A DNA stretch of 64,000 bases from a bacterium. GTDB lineage: Bacteria > Patescibacteriota > UBA1384 > VFKW01. The translations under genes were made by a program, and so were the position numbers. The notes under the pieces are model-generated. The model saw only the letters and a list, made by a program, of their open reading frames with translations. It was not told the DNA's origin and searched no databases. The stretch spans positions 4,066-68,065 of the forward strand of contig JAUSIS010000004.1 in NCBI GenBank assembly GCA_030647355.1, given 5' to 3'. This document shows, in pieces, positions 48,521 to 58,351 of this stretch; position 1 is the stretch's first letter; every line of letters begins with the position of its first letter.

Positions 48521-49282
48521 GTGACTAATAAATATCCGGATATTAAAACTGCTTGGCGAGGAGCTACAATATTTAACCGGATTCTTATATCCCTTTTTTT
48601 TCTAGGGATGCTTAGTCTTGTGGTTGCTGCAATTCTAGAAGAACTTTATATCCCTCTGCATGACGTGCTTTATATCATCGCGACAGCATTAACAATCCTG
48701 CCCCCAATAATCATTATTATTAATTACGGAAAGCCGATGTGGCTTAGGAATGCAGCCTATAACTCTGCCCAATACTATCCTTTTTATCTTCCAAGTCTTT
48801 TTAAATCAGCCAGCCACAAACATACTTTTTTGGAAAAGTTAAAAATAGGTAAAATTACAGCGAATTTATATAATATAGAGATTACCGAACCTTTTCATCC
48901 CTTTAAAAGACAGTATTATCTCTGCGCGCTTCAAATGCCAAAAGAATATGGAAACATTTTTATAACAGATACGGATTTTCAGAAGAATTTGAGTCAATCT
49001 AGTCATTATTTTAATAAAATATTACCGGTCTTTCCCGAAGATGAGTATGAAAGCAACCTTTTTAACAACCGTTTTGTAGTCCATACTCAAATTAAACAGG
49101 ATGCATACCGATTCATTAATCCAAACCTAATGCACATTCTTAACAACACTGATTTTAAGAATATCGGTATTGATGTAACCGGCCGTATCCTTCGAGTTTT
49201 TACTTTAGTTAATAATTCCTTAAATACTCCCCAACAATCTCTTAAGCAACTTACCGAAAAGATTGTTACTTCCATCGATTGA
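48521..49282 (+). CDS. Hypothetical membrane protein
   Basis: 253-aa ORF with two TM helices. Confidence 0.35.
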   Translation: MTNKYPDIKTAWRGATIFNRILISLFFLGMLSLVVAAILEELYIPLHDVLYIIATALTILPPIIIIINYGKPMWLRNAAYNSAQYYPFYLPSLFKSASHKHTFLEKLKIGKITANLYNIEITEPFHPFKRQYYLCALQMPKEYGNIFITDTDFQKNLSQSSHYFNKILPVFPEDEYESNLFNNRFVVHTQIKQDAYRFINPNLMHILNNTDFKNIGIDVTGRILRVFTLVNNSLNTPQQSLKQLTEKIVTSID

Positions 49283-49388
49283 CTACATATTAGGAACTAT
49301 TCTAGGAATTTTTGGCGGGAATACAAATTCCGGGAGTTAAGAAGATCGATAGGTTGCTATTAATCCTTCGGTTTCCTATACTAGAGAT

Positions 49389-50006
49389 ATGAAAATAATC
49401 GATCAAAATCAGTGTCAAGGTCTACTCACGAAGATTTTATGGATTGCGGCCTGGATATTGGCAACAATATTTATCACTTCCAACTTTTACTTTCCTCTAC
49501 CTGTCTATATTGGTGTAGATTGGGAATCTCATTTCTCATTGACGAATTATTCGATTAATTTTTTTGTATGGGCTATTATTCTTTATCTGCTTTATAAATA
49601 TCTGCACCCGCTTTTAAAAATAAATCGCTTATTCTTTCTTCTGATTTTATGCAGTTTGATTATCACCTCATTAACTGTAATTATTAAAAACCCATCCAAG
49701 AGTACATCAATTATTAAAAACCCAACTGTTCCAAAGATTGCATCTGGAGAAATAGAGAGTACATCTGGAGAAATAATATGGTTAAAGCACAAAGAATTTT
49801 CCAGTCGTCCAGCTCAAACAAGGACTGATTCCTATAGGGGTCTACCAGCTCCCTTCTATCATCATTGGACCGGCTATGATACTATGGGGCAAGTTAGTTG
49901 GGACTACATAACACTTACATCGGACACTTTAATTTTTAATGCGATCTTTTGGTTTATAGTAAGTTCTTTCGTTGTTAGATTTAAAATAAAATCTAACCAG
50001 AAGTAG
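49389..50006 (+). CDS. Hypothetical polytopic membrane protein
   Basis: 205-aa ORF, multiple TM helices. Confidence 0.35.
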   Translation: MKIIDQNQCQGLLTKILWIAAWILATIFITSNFYFPLPVYIGVDWESHFSLTNYSINFFVWAIILYLLYKYLHPLLKINRLFFLLILCSLIITSLTVIIKNPSKSTSIIKNPTVPKIASGEIESTSGEIIWLKHKEFSSRPAQTRTDSYRGLPAPFYHHWTGYDTMGQVSWDYITLTSDTLIFNAIFWFIVSSFVVRFKIKSNQK

Positions 50007-50257
50007 CTATCTTGACTCCAAAAAGAAGAGTAAGGGGACGGTTCTCAAATAATCTCAAGATTCGCTAAAAACATATCAACTAAATCCCGTTAGAGCAAGC
50101 GCCCTAGGCAATAGTCAAAAAACCAAACGCGGGGTAAATTTTCCCTTTGCCCTTCCGTAGTCCCGCCATCCGGTGGACGAAGGAGGGTTGCCCAAGCGCT
50201 CTTTTGAGAGTAATATAAAACCAAAGCAAGGGGTGATATTGTTAAACGAGGGAATAA

Positions 50258-50548
50258 ATGAAACCTTTTTATAAAAAAGAAGATTTTACACTTTTTCAAG
50301 GCGATTGTTTGAATGTGTTAGCTGAAATGCCCGAAGATTCGGCTGATATGATTTTTGCCGACCCACCCTACTTTCTCTCAAGCGGTTCTTTTACTTGTCA
50401 GAATGGTAAAATGGTTAGCGTTAAAAAGGGCGATTGGGATTTAAGCAATGGGACTAAAAAGAATTTTGAATTTCATATTGAGTGGATAAAGGCATGTAAA
50501 AGAGTTCTGAAACCCGGCGGATCTATTTGGATAAGCGGGACTATATGA
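50258..50548 (+). pseudogene. N-terminal fragment (96 aa) of a beta-class (DPPY-first) N6-adenine/N4-cytosine DNA methyltransferase, truncated before the AdoMet-binding motif
   Basis: ..FQGDCLNVLAEMPEDSADMIFADPPYF.. (motif IV DPPY) followed by a stop. No FxGxG motif in any downstream frame. The stop overlaps the start of the next gene (ATGA). Confidence 0.55.
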
Positions 50549-51315
50549 AATTAACTTTTGATTTACAATTTGCTGATAACTATAAAAGTCAATCGCAAAG
50601 GGTGCGTGTTTTAACTGAGCAATGGGTTAATGATTCGGTTTTTTGTCCAAATTGCGGATATCTTAATATTGATAGATACCCAAATAATCAACCAGTTGCC
50701 GATTTTTATTGTTCAAACTGCAAAGAAGATTACGAATTAAAAAGCAAACAAGATAGTGTAGGAAAAAAAATAGTAGATGGCGCATATCGAACTATGATTG
50801 AACGATTGCAAAGTAGTAATAACCCGAATTTTTTTCTGCTTTACTACGATTTACAAAATTTCGAAGTGCAGAATTTTCTTGTCATACCAAAACACTTTTT
50901 TATTCCCGAAATTATTGAGAAACGAAAGCCACTTGCGCCAACTGCCTACCGTGCCGGCTGGATTGGTTGCAATATCCTTTTACAAAGTATCCCACAAACC
51001 GGAAAAATATTTTTTGTTAAAAATAGGCAGGTTGAATCAAAAGAAAAAGTGCTTACAGAATGGCGAAAGACTCTTTTCTTGCGAGAAGAAAAAGAAATAA
51101 AAGCAAAGGGATGGCTACTGGATGTTATGATGTGCGTAGATAAGTTCAAGTGTAAAGATTTTTCGCTCGATGATATGTATACATTTGAAAACGAATTAAG
51201 CAAGAAGCATCCTGACAACCGTCATATAAAAGACAAAATTCGCCAGCAATTACAAATTTTGCGAGATAAGGGATATATCGAATTTACCAACCGAGGAAAT
51301 TATAGGATAAATTAA
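50545..51315 (+). CDS. DpnI-like type IIM (methylation-dependent, G(m6)ATC-type) restriction endonuclease
   Basis: Collinear with R.DpnI as I recall it: N-terminal ..YKSQSQRVRVLTEQWV..CPNCG..PVADFYCSNC..ELKSK..; NNPNFFLLYYDLQNFEVQNFLVIPKHFF; KPLAPTAYRAGWIGCNI; C-terminal winged-helix IKDKIRQQLQILRDKGYIEF. Confidence 0.65.
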   Translation: MKLTFDLQFADNYKSQSQRVRVLTEQWVNDSVFCPNCGYLNIDRYPNNQPVADFYCSNCKEDYELKSKQDSVGKKIVDGAYRTMIERLQSSNNPNFFLLYYDLQNFEVQNFLVIPKHFFIPEIIEKRKPLAPTAYRAGWIGCNILLQSIPQTGKIFFVKNRQVESKEKVLTEWRKTLFLREEKEIKAKGWLLDVMMCVDKFKCKDFSLDDMYTFENELSKKHPDNRHIKDKIRQQLQILRDKGYIEFTNRGNYRIN

Positions 51316-51317
51316 AA

Positions 51318-51509
51318 ATGGAAATTAAATTATCACCATTTTTTGCAAAAATGATTCTGCAATTTAATCCGTTCACGCGGTTTAAAGTTATGTGTCTTGG
51401 ATATGGGGAAGATTTTGTAAATTATACCGAACTTGTGTGGCAAGACGACAAGCACCTAGATTTCACCAACAAAGAAGACTATCCGCAATTTCAGTTATGG
51501 TATGTTTAG
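51318..51509 (+). CDS. Hypothetical small protein (63 aa)
   Basis: ORF only. Possibly the 5' part of a frameshifted gene (see findings). Confidence 0.25.
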   Translation: MEIKLSPFFAKMILQFNPFTRFKVMCLGYGEDFVNYTELVWQDDKHLDFTNKEDYPQFQLWYV

Positions 51510-51805
51510 GGTCGTGAAGGGCAAGTATGGTAAATGGATTCAGGCAAGGACAAAAGGTACCGGGGGAATAAACCCCAGAACAGGTGAAAGACGACCAATA
51601 ACCCGTGCATTTTACGCAAAAACCGGTTTGGTTAAGAAAATTTTTGAAACTGCATCATAGACAAAATCACCAACGACGAAATCCAGTCTTGACTTGACGT
51701 TTCCGATGCCACCGCTTGCCGATACCTTGATGATCTCGAAAAGGAAGAACTCTTGAAACAAGTCGGCACCGACGGCCCGAAAGTATTTTATCAAAAGGAG
51801 GAAAA

Positions 51806-52456
51806 ATGACACTATCTGCCAATAGCACGAGTAATCTAACGAGAGCCCTTTTATTAATGTCTTTTTTATTTGGAATTTTTGCGTTACCCAAACCAATTTT
51901 GGCGGCTCCAGTGCCTACTACCCCCAGATGTGGATTGGAAGCTATGATAACCAACCTATCCATTGAAATTACAAAGCCAGATGGCATCTCATACGAAGGC
52001 GGTGAGACACAATATTTCCCCACTATCAAAATCACTAAAACCAGCAAAGTCGGAGATACAATAAAGGGTGCACCAAAAACTTGCGAAGAAGCATTTCCGA
52101 TCGGCAAGATCATTGAAACCAGTATTATTAAAGAGCGAGACCTAAATCAAGGCAATGAACTTAAAGTTGGCCAAGTAATTGGCTTTACAGGCTATATGCG
52201 AATTGATGAATTTTCCAAGGAGCCCGGACTAATTATAGATACTAATCCTTCCAATTCAGAGTCTGTTAGGATTATAAAAGATGTCGGCATAGATGAAGAC
52301 AATGACGGGAATGGAGAAACGCAAACCAATAAAGCACTATATTATTTACTGATTATTCCGTTAGCATTTCTGATATTTGCTGGATATTTTATCATCAAAA
52401 GACACAAAACCAAAGTAGACTCATCGGTAAAGAACGAGGAAACGAAATTGGACTAG
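51806..52456 (+). CDS. Hypothetical secreted/cell-surface protein (signal peptide and C-terminal TM anchor)
   Basis: N-terminal LLLMSFLFGIFALPKPILAAP. C-terminal LYYLLIIPLAFLIFAGYFIIKRHK. Preferred over the overlapping antisense ORFs. Confidence 0.5.
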   Translation: MTLSANSTSNLTRALLLMSFLFGIFALPKPILAAPVPTTPRCGLEAMITNLSIEITKPDGISYEGGETQYFPTIKITKTSKVGDTIKGAPKTCEEAFPIGKIIETSIIKERDLNQGNELKVGQVIGFTGYMRIDEFSKEPGLIIDTNPSNSESVRIIKDVGIDEDNDGNGETQTNKALYYLLIIPLAFLIFAGYFIIKRHKTKVDSSVKNEETKLD

Positions 52457-52700
52457 CTTATCGCCTCACCGCCCCGTTAGATAATTTTATATCTAATGGG
52501 GAGCCGTTAAGTTTCAAAGGCTTGGGAAGTTAGGTATAATAAAGCTATGAAAGAGGGGAAATGGACGACGTCTCCAGCTGTGTATATGACAAACGATGTT
52601 GTGCTATGTGTAGCGTAAAACCAATTAACAAAACATTTATTTACTTTGCAAGCGGCTGGTTGTAAAATATAAGTAATTAAGTACAAGAGAAAGGAGAACT

Positions 52701-53450
52701 ATGGAATGGTTCTTAATAGTTATCGGATTTATCATACTAATAAGTATTCGTCAGGTAAACCAATACGAGAGGGCGCTTAAATTTACCCTGGGGAAATACA
52801 GCAGCACATCTAATCCAGGTTGGCGTTTAGTTTGGCCTATTTTTCAATCAATGCGCAAAATTGATATTAGAGTTAAAGCCGTTGATGTGCCAACCCAATT
52901 AGCCATCACGCGCGACAATGTCTCAGCAAATATTAGCGCAGTCATATACTATAAAGTTAGTTCGCCGGAAAAAGCAGTACTTGAAGTCGAAGACTTTTTT
53001 TATGCAGTCTCCCAGCTTGCCCAAACAACAATGCGTAATGTTGTAGGTCAAGTTTCTCTGGATGACTTACTTGCCGAACGAAATCAAATCTCCCAACGTA
53101 TCCGCGACATCATCGATAAAGCGACTGATTCTTGGGGGATAAAAGTAGATAATGTAGAATTGAAGGATATATCTTTGCCCGAAGAAATGAAGCGTGTCAT
53201 TGCCAAGCAAGCAGAAGCAGAGAGAGAAAAACGAGCGGTTATTACCAAAGCGGAAGGTGATATGATAGCCGCTACCAACCTGGCTAAAGCCGCTAACACA
53301 TTATCAGCAGCTCCTGGTGCCTTGCATTTGCGCACATTAAGCACAATTAATGATGTAAGTTCTGATCAGTCTAATACGGTTATTTTTGCCGTACCTATTG
53401 AGGTCTTGGATGCAATAAAAGGCCTTGGTCAATATTTTCAAAAAAAATAA
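52701..53450 (+). CDS. SPFH/band-7 (stomatin/prohibitin-like) domain protein
   Basis: N-terminal TM helix, then SPFH core (..VDVPTQLAITRDNVSANISAVIYYKV..) and a coiled-coil AEAEREKRA. Confidence 0.75.
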   Translation: MEWFLIVIGFIILISIRQVNQYERALKFTLGKYSSTSNPGWRLVWPIFQSMRKIDIRVKAVDVPTQLAITRDNVSANISAVIYYKVSSPEKAVLEVEDFFYAVSQLAQTTMRNVVGQVSLDDLLAERNQISQRIRDIIDKATDSWGIKVDNVELKDISLPEEMKRVIAKQAEAEREKRAVITKAEGDMIAATNLAKAANTLSAAPGALHLRTLSTINDVSSDQSNTVIFAVPIEVLDAIKGLGQYFQKK

Positions 53451-53690
53451 CTGAGAATATAATTCGTCTAATTTAAACGAAATATAGTACAATGGATACT
53501 TAAATCTATTTTTTGCACTTACGATACGCTTCGCATTTTTACTGGCCGGTTGATTATTGTCGGCTTGTTAATTTGCATTTGAAAAATTATAAGCTTTATA
53601 AATTTGTAAAAAGAAGATTGGTTCATGTTACAATGAATTTTATGATTTTATCCGGTAAGATGTCTATTAATTAAGTTAATAGGGGGTGTT

Positions 53691-55211
53691 ATGGTAAATT
53701 CACTTATACCGGGAAAAAATACATCAATTTGGCTAGATACTACACCCAACACGAATTTCCCTTCTCTGGAAAAAGATCTAATCGTTGATACGGTCATTAT
53801 CGGTGGAGGGATTGCCGGTCTAAGCACGGCATTTTTCCTCAAACAAGCCGGCAAGAAAGTAGCTATTGTAGAGTCGCAACACATAGTGAAAGGAACGACG
53901 GGTTTTACAACGGCGAAGATTACTTCCGCCCATGGTTTGATTTATAAATACCTAACCGATAGATTCGGTTTAGAAAAAGCGCGCATTTATGCTGAGGCCA
54001 ATCAAAAAGCGCTAGAAACGATGTCATCTTTAATTGAAAGCTTACATATTGAGGCTGATTTTAAGCGTTTGCCTGCCTATACTTATGCGGTTTCGGATAA
54101 CGACATTGATTTAATAAAAAATGAGGTGGAGGCGGCCAGGCGATTAGGATTGCCCGTCTCTTTTACAACCGATATCCCACTGCCTTTTCCAACGGCTGGT
54201 GCTATTAAATACGAGAACCAGGCACGTTACCATCCGCGAAAATATCTTTTATCACTTGCCAAACGGATTAACGGCGGGGGAAGTCACATTTTTGAAAAAA
54301 CAAAAGTCATTGATGTTGAAGAAGGCAAATCGGTTCGTGTTCGTACCGAAAAAGGCGATATTACTGCACGCGACGTTGTCATTGCAACAAATTACCCTAT
54401 TTATGATCCTAATGCATATTTTGCCCGCATGACTGCCAGGCAATCATTGGTTATCGCCGTCAGATTGAACCGTTTGGTTCCTCAGGGTTTGTTCTACAGC
54501 ACGGAAAAATCTTTTCACTCTCTTAGACCACAACCTTTCCAGTTTGGAGAAGAGTTATTGCTTTCAGGCGGTAAAGTGTTCAAAACCGGGCAAGAGGATG
54601 ACATTACCGGAAATTATTTAGAATTAATTAATTGGACGAAAGAGAATTTTGATGTAAGGTCGGTTGAATACCATTGGACTACAAACGATAGTGAATCTCA
54701 CGACCGCGTACCTCTAATCGGCAGGTTGAATCCTGATTCAAAGCATTTATATGTCGCTACCGGTTTTAACGGCTGGGGCATGGCGCACGGTACGGTTGCA
54801 GGAATGCTATTGTCGGATACTATTTTAGGTAACAAAAATTCTTGGCTTAAATTGTATGATCCTTCCCGGATTTCAAATATAGCATCGAGCCGAAGTTTAT
54901 TAGACAATCTTAATTCAATTGGCCAGATGATAAAAAGTAAATTCGCTAGATTACCAACTGAAATTGATTTGGAAAATGACGAAGCAAAAGTCGTTTTGCA
55001 AAATGGCAAAAAATTAGCAATTTATCGAGATGAAGTAGGGAAAATTCATGCAATTTCCGCTGTTTGTACACATATGGGTTGTACTGTCGGCTGGAATAAT
55101 ACCGAAAAGACATGGGATTGTCCTTGCCATGGCTCAAGATTCACTAAGGATGGGGTGGTAATCCATGGACCGGCTATCAAAAATCTCGAGAAAGAGGTGA
55201 CAAAGAAGTAG
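53691..55211 (+). CDS. FAD-dependent oxidoreductase fused to a C-terminal Rieske [2Fe-2S] domain
   Basis: DTVIIGGGIAGLSTAFFL dinucleotide-binding motif. C-terminal CTHMGC...CPCHGSRF Rieske ligands. Confidence 0.7.
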   Translation: MVNSLIPGKNTSIWLDTTPNTNFPSLEKDLIVDTVIIGGGIAGLSTAFFLKQAGKKVAIVESQHIVKGTTGFTTAKITSAHGLIYKYLTDRFGLEKARIYAEANQKALETMSSLIESLHIEADFKRLPAYTYAVSDNDIDLIKNEVEAARRLGLPVSFTTDIPLPFPTAGAIKYENQARYHPRKYLLSLAKRINGGGSHIFEKTKVIDVEEGKSVRVRTEKGDITARDVVIATNYPIYDPNAYFARMTARQSLVIAVRLNRLVPQGLFYSTEKSFHSLRPQPFQFGEELLLSGGKVFKTGQEDDITGNYLELINWTKENFDVRSVEYHWTTNDSESHDRVPLIGRLNPDSKHLYVATGFNGWGMAHGTVAGMLLSDTILGNKNSWLKLYDPSRISNIASSRSLLDNLNSIGQMIKSKFARLPTEIDLENDEAKVVLQNGKKLAIYRDEVGKIHAISAVCTHMGCTVGWNNTEKTWDCPCHGSRFTKDGVVIHGPAIKNLEKEVTKK

Positions 55212-55246
55212 CTTTTTTGCCCTGACTATTCAACGACAGTCCCTTA

Positions 55247-57238
55247 ATGTATAATCAAAGTAAGGTGGGGATTGTGTGGAAATTTTTCTTGTGTTTAAAA
55301 CTGTTAATAATTGCCGTTTTAGCTGTTGCTACTTTTCCTAAAACAACTTTGGCAGTGAGTTTCAGTTCTCCGAATGGTAAAGTGATTGCTGAGGATATTT
55401 CTGATGGGCAAGGGGCAAAAATACGAATTACCTGGGATGAAGTACCAATACCAGACAGCTATACCACGCTGGCTGATAGACCAAATCAATACATACTTTA
55501 CCGCTGGGGTTATCCGGATAAGTTTCCAAGGAAAACTATTTGTCAAAGAGATTTAGCTTCTACTAAAAGAGCGTGTATAGATTTGACTGCCGTGTCGGGT
55601 CGGAGATACAGTTATGAATTGGCTTTTTATTTAGAAGACTATAAAAATAATAAATTTGGTTCATATGGCCTAGATGAAAATTACAAAGTTACAGCCGTGT
55701 CGTTAGATAAACTTGCTCCTAGTATACCTAACAATGTATCAAGTAAGTTTGAGAGTGGTGTTTTGGTGATTGATTGGTTGGTCAATCAAGAAAAAGATGT
55801 GGCAAGTTACGAGGTGAACTTATATAAGGAGCGAACGGCAAAGGCGCCGGTAATTACCCTGAATCCTACAGAAAATTTACTATATTTGGAAAAACCAAGT
55901 GCTGATTATCAATACTTTACCCTTGCCGCAAGAGATTCGTCCGGGAACTTATCAAATTCTACTCAAATATCTAAAATTAATCGCCTGAGCGCCATTGGAA
56001 AGATATCAAAGCAGAGCAAGCCAATCGGGGTTGTGGCGGTTATTGCCTTGGCTTTTATTGCTGCTTTCATTTTTTTACGGGAAAGGCTACTAGTCCAACG
56101 GCAAGAAAAACATAATTCTCCGATTCTACCTTATATCGGTTTTGGTATACCTGCTTCTTTACTTACTTACGCTTCTTCTACTTTTGAGATGTTTGGAGAG
56201 GCAGCACCTATCTGGCTATTGCCAATTATCTGGTTAAGTGTTTTTGTATTTGGTAGCTTGCTTTATAACTCGATAAAACAGGGGCAATCAATGCAAGCCG
56301 TTAGTCGTGAGAATACCTTTTTATCGACTTTTGGCTATGCCTTTACCAGAATAGCGATTGTAGCTTTTTCCTTTGCCATGATGTCGATTGCTGAGAAGTT
56401 TATAAGTGTAAAATTTTTCGCCGGAATAATGGCGTTGTTCTGGATACCTCTCCTAGTCTTTCTTGTCTATAAAACGATTTTTTATTTGTTCAAACTAAGC
56501 GCTTATGGCAAGAGTATTCGGCAAAATCCGAGCGAGAGTAACCTAGTTTTTTTGTGGCGTACTTACAAAAAACGAAAAGAAATTTTTTCCACACCTGGTA
56601 ATATAATCCCCAAAGGAGATCCGATCGGGAGGACTTATAAGGTTAAATTTGTAACTTATATATCAATTTCGACTATTTTACTTTTTGTAGTGATGGCTAA
56701 TTATTTTGAATTTGGTTTTTCCGGTAATTTTTACGGGCCTTCGGTGCCAGATCGCTATGTGAGTAAAGAATTCGGTTTAGAATTAGTTTTGCAGCCACCG
56801 GATAATAAGTGGCATGGCGGCGAGTTACTTAATCAAAATTACCTAAGTTTTGATAGGCGTTCCTCTAACGGCGGGCAAGGAGTTTATCTGGAAAAATTTG
56901 AATGGATTGAGGACAATCCTAAACCGTTAAATTTGAATGCTTTTTACGAGCACCATTTAACTGAACAAGAGAGACTGGATAAGACATTTGGCAATAAAAC
57001 AAATCCTTATAGTCAGAAACGATATGTTCGTTACAATAACTGGGTTGGAATTACGGTTTATGGAGATGAACAATATTCAGCTAGCTGGACTGCCTTCGTG
57101 GCAAACGAAAGTCAATATTATGAAATCAGTTACGGTTACAGAACTGACTGGCCAAAGGAAAACAATATCGAATATAATCGAAAACTAGCAAAAAAACATT
57201 TTGATAATTTACTCAAGAGCGTAAAATTTAGAAACTGA
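55247..57238 (+). CDS. Hypothetical large membrane protein (signal peptide, extracellular domain, about 5 TM helices, C-terminal domain)
   Basis: 663-aa ORF. No family recognised. Confidence 0.4.
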   Translation: MYNQSKVGIVWKFFLCLKLLIIAVLAVATFPKTTLAVSFSSPNGKVIAEDISDGQGAKIRITWDEVPIPDSYTTLADRPNQYILYRWGYPDKFPRKTICQRDLASTKRACIDLTAVSGRRYSYELAFYLEDYKNNKFGSYGLDENYKVTAVSLDKLAPSIPNNVSSKFESGVLVIDWLVNQEKDVASYEVNLYKERTAKAPVITLNPTENLLYLEKPSADYQYFTLAARDSSGNLSNSTQISKINRLSAIGKISKQSKPIGVVAVIALAFIAAFIFLRERLLVQRQEKHNSPILPYIGFGIPASLLTYASSTFEMFGEAAPIWLLPIIWLSVFVFGSLLYNSIKQGQSMQAVSRENTFLSTFGYAFTRIAIVAFSFAMMSIAEKFISVKFFAGIMALFWIPLLVFLVYKTIFYLFKLSAYGKSIRQNPSESNLVFLWRTYKKRKEIFSTPGNIIPKGDPIGRTYKVKFVTYISISTILLFVVMANYFEFGFSGNFYGPSVPDRYVSKEFGLELVLQPPDNKWHGGELLNQNYLSFDRRSSNGGQGVYLEKFEWIEDNPKPLNLNAFYEHHLTEQERLDKTFGNKTNPYSQKRYVRYNNWVGITVYGDEQYSASWTAFVANESQYYEISYGYRTDWPKENNIEYNRKLAKKHFDNLLKSVKFRN

Positions 57239-57935
57239 AAGTTTTTAATTCGTCAATTATATTAGCAGCTGTTTGATCAGTTACATAATCTGGTGTTATT
57301 CTTGTTTTTTTAAAAATTTGTTCTTCTAGTGCGATTAAATCTTTAGCAAATTGATCAAATTGGTCATCAGATAAAAAAGCATGGGAAGTGCCTTGATAAC
57401 GTTTCTTTCCTTCGGCAAGCCGCTCTTGGGCAGAGACAATACCAAATGGAGTTACTCGCATATCGGCGTAGCAGCAAATTTTATTTTCATAGTGATCATG
57501 AAGTACATTACTGCTTGTTTGTAAGAACCCGACTGAATTGAGATAATCCTGGATTCCTGTTGGCAAGTTAAGTTCTTTGGCAATTTGACGAGTTACTTCG
57601 TGCTCATCTTTGGTTTTATATTTTTGGGAAATTTCTTTTTTAACATTTTCCCAATATACTAGCCCCTCAGGAGCTAAGGATTCAGGAAATAAAGTGAGAT
57701 CAAATTTTAAAATATTACCCATATCGTGGACCAGACAGGCTTTTATGACTCCGTCGGTATCAAGTTGGTCGGGGAAATTATCGCAGATGAGTTTGGCAAC
57801 TCCCGCTACTCTTAATTGATGGAGTTGGAGCTGGGGCATAATATTATATTTCTGGTAGATCTCAATTACTGTTGGCACAAGATCCTCTTTTTGATATTGG
57901 TTATTTAAATTTTGGTTGTAATAAAAGCTTACCAA
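57228..57935 (-). CDS. HD-domain metal-dependent phosphohydrolase
   Basis: ..H(x)n..ACLVHDMGN.. HD motif. About 235 aa. Confidence 0.5.
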   Translation of the reverse strand: MVSFYYNQNLNNQYQKEDLVPTVIEIYQKYNIMPQLQLHQLRVAGVAKLICDNFPDQLDTDGVIKACLVHDMGNILKFDLTLFPESLAPEGLVYWENVKKEISQKYKTKDEHEVTRQIAKELNLPTGIQDYLNSVGFLQTSSNVLHDHYENKICCYADMRVTPFGIVSAQERLAEGKKRYQGTSHAFLSDDQFDQFAKDLIALEEQIFKKTRITPDYVTDQTAANIIDELKTFSF

Positions 57936-58078
57936 AAATGGAACAAACGGTAAATGTTTATTAGGCGCAGTTACATCTTGTGGTCAGTATTTATTGACAA
58001 GGTGACTCACTTTTGGTATTTTTATACTATGACCTATATCGGGGGTGGAGGTGTCTGTAAGCTAAGTAAAGGAGCTCC

Positions 58079-58345
58079 ATGAATAAAGATAAGACGCTAG
58101 TCAATTTCAAAAAGGCGCAAAGTCATATCAATAAGATAATTAAGATGGTAGAGGATGGGGACTATTGCATAAATATCATGCAGCAGAATTTGGCGGTAAT
58201 CGGCCTCTTGAAATCTGCTCATCAGATGCTGATGGAAGAACATTTAAATACTTGCTTTGCCAAAGCCATGTCTACCAGTAATGAAAAGCGTAAAAAAGAA
58301 ATGACTGAGGAAATTTTAAAACTCATTAAGTTATATAATAAGTAA
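58079..58345 (+). CDS. csoR: CsoR/RcnR-family metal-sensing transcriptional repressor
   Basis: 88 aa. Conserved C-H-C ligand pattern (..GDYCINIMQQ..AHQMLMEEHLNTC..) typical of CsoR. Confidence 0.65.
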   Translation: MNKDKTLVNFKKAQSHINKIIKMVEDGDYCINIMQQNLAVIGLLKSAHQMLMEEHLNTCFAKAMSTSNEKRKKEMTEEILKLIKLYNK

Positions 58346-58351
58346 ATTTTA

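Noticed and set aside
50090-50299. ORF 50090-50299 (-), 69 aa
   Set aside because: It lies antisense over the GC-rich structured intergenic segment and the MTase-fragment start. There is no RBS or start context, so it is treated as non-coding.
51612-52113. Antisense ORFs 51612-51896 (-) and 51667-52113 (-)
   Set aside because: They overlap the plus-strand 216-aa gene, which has a clear signal peptide and C-terminal anchor. The minus-strand translations have no features, so the plus-strand gene is preferred.
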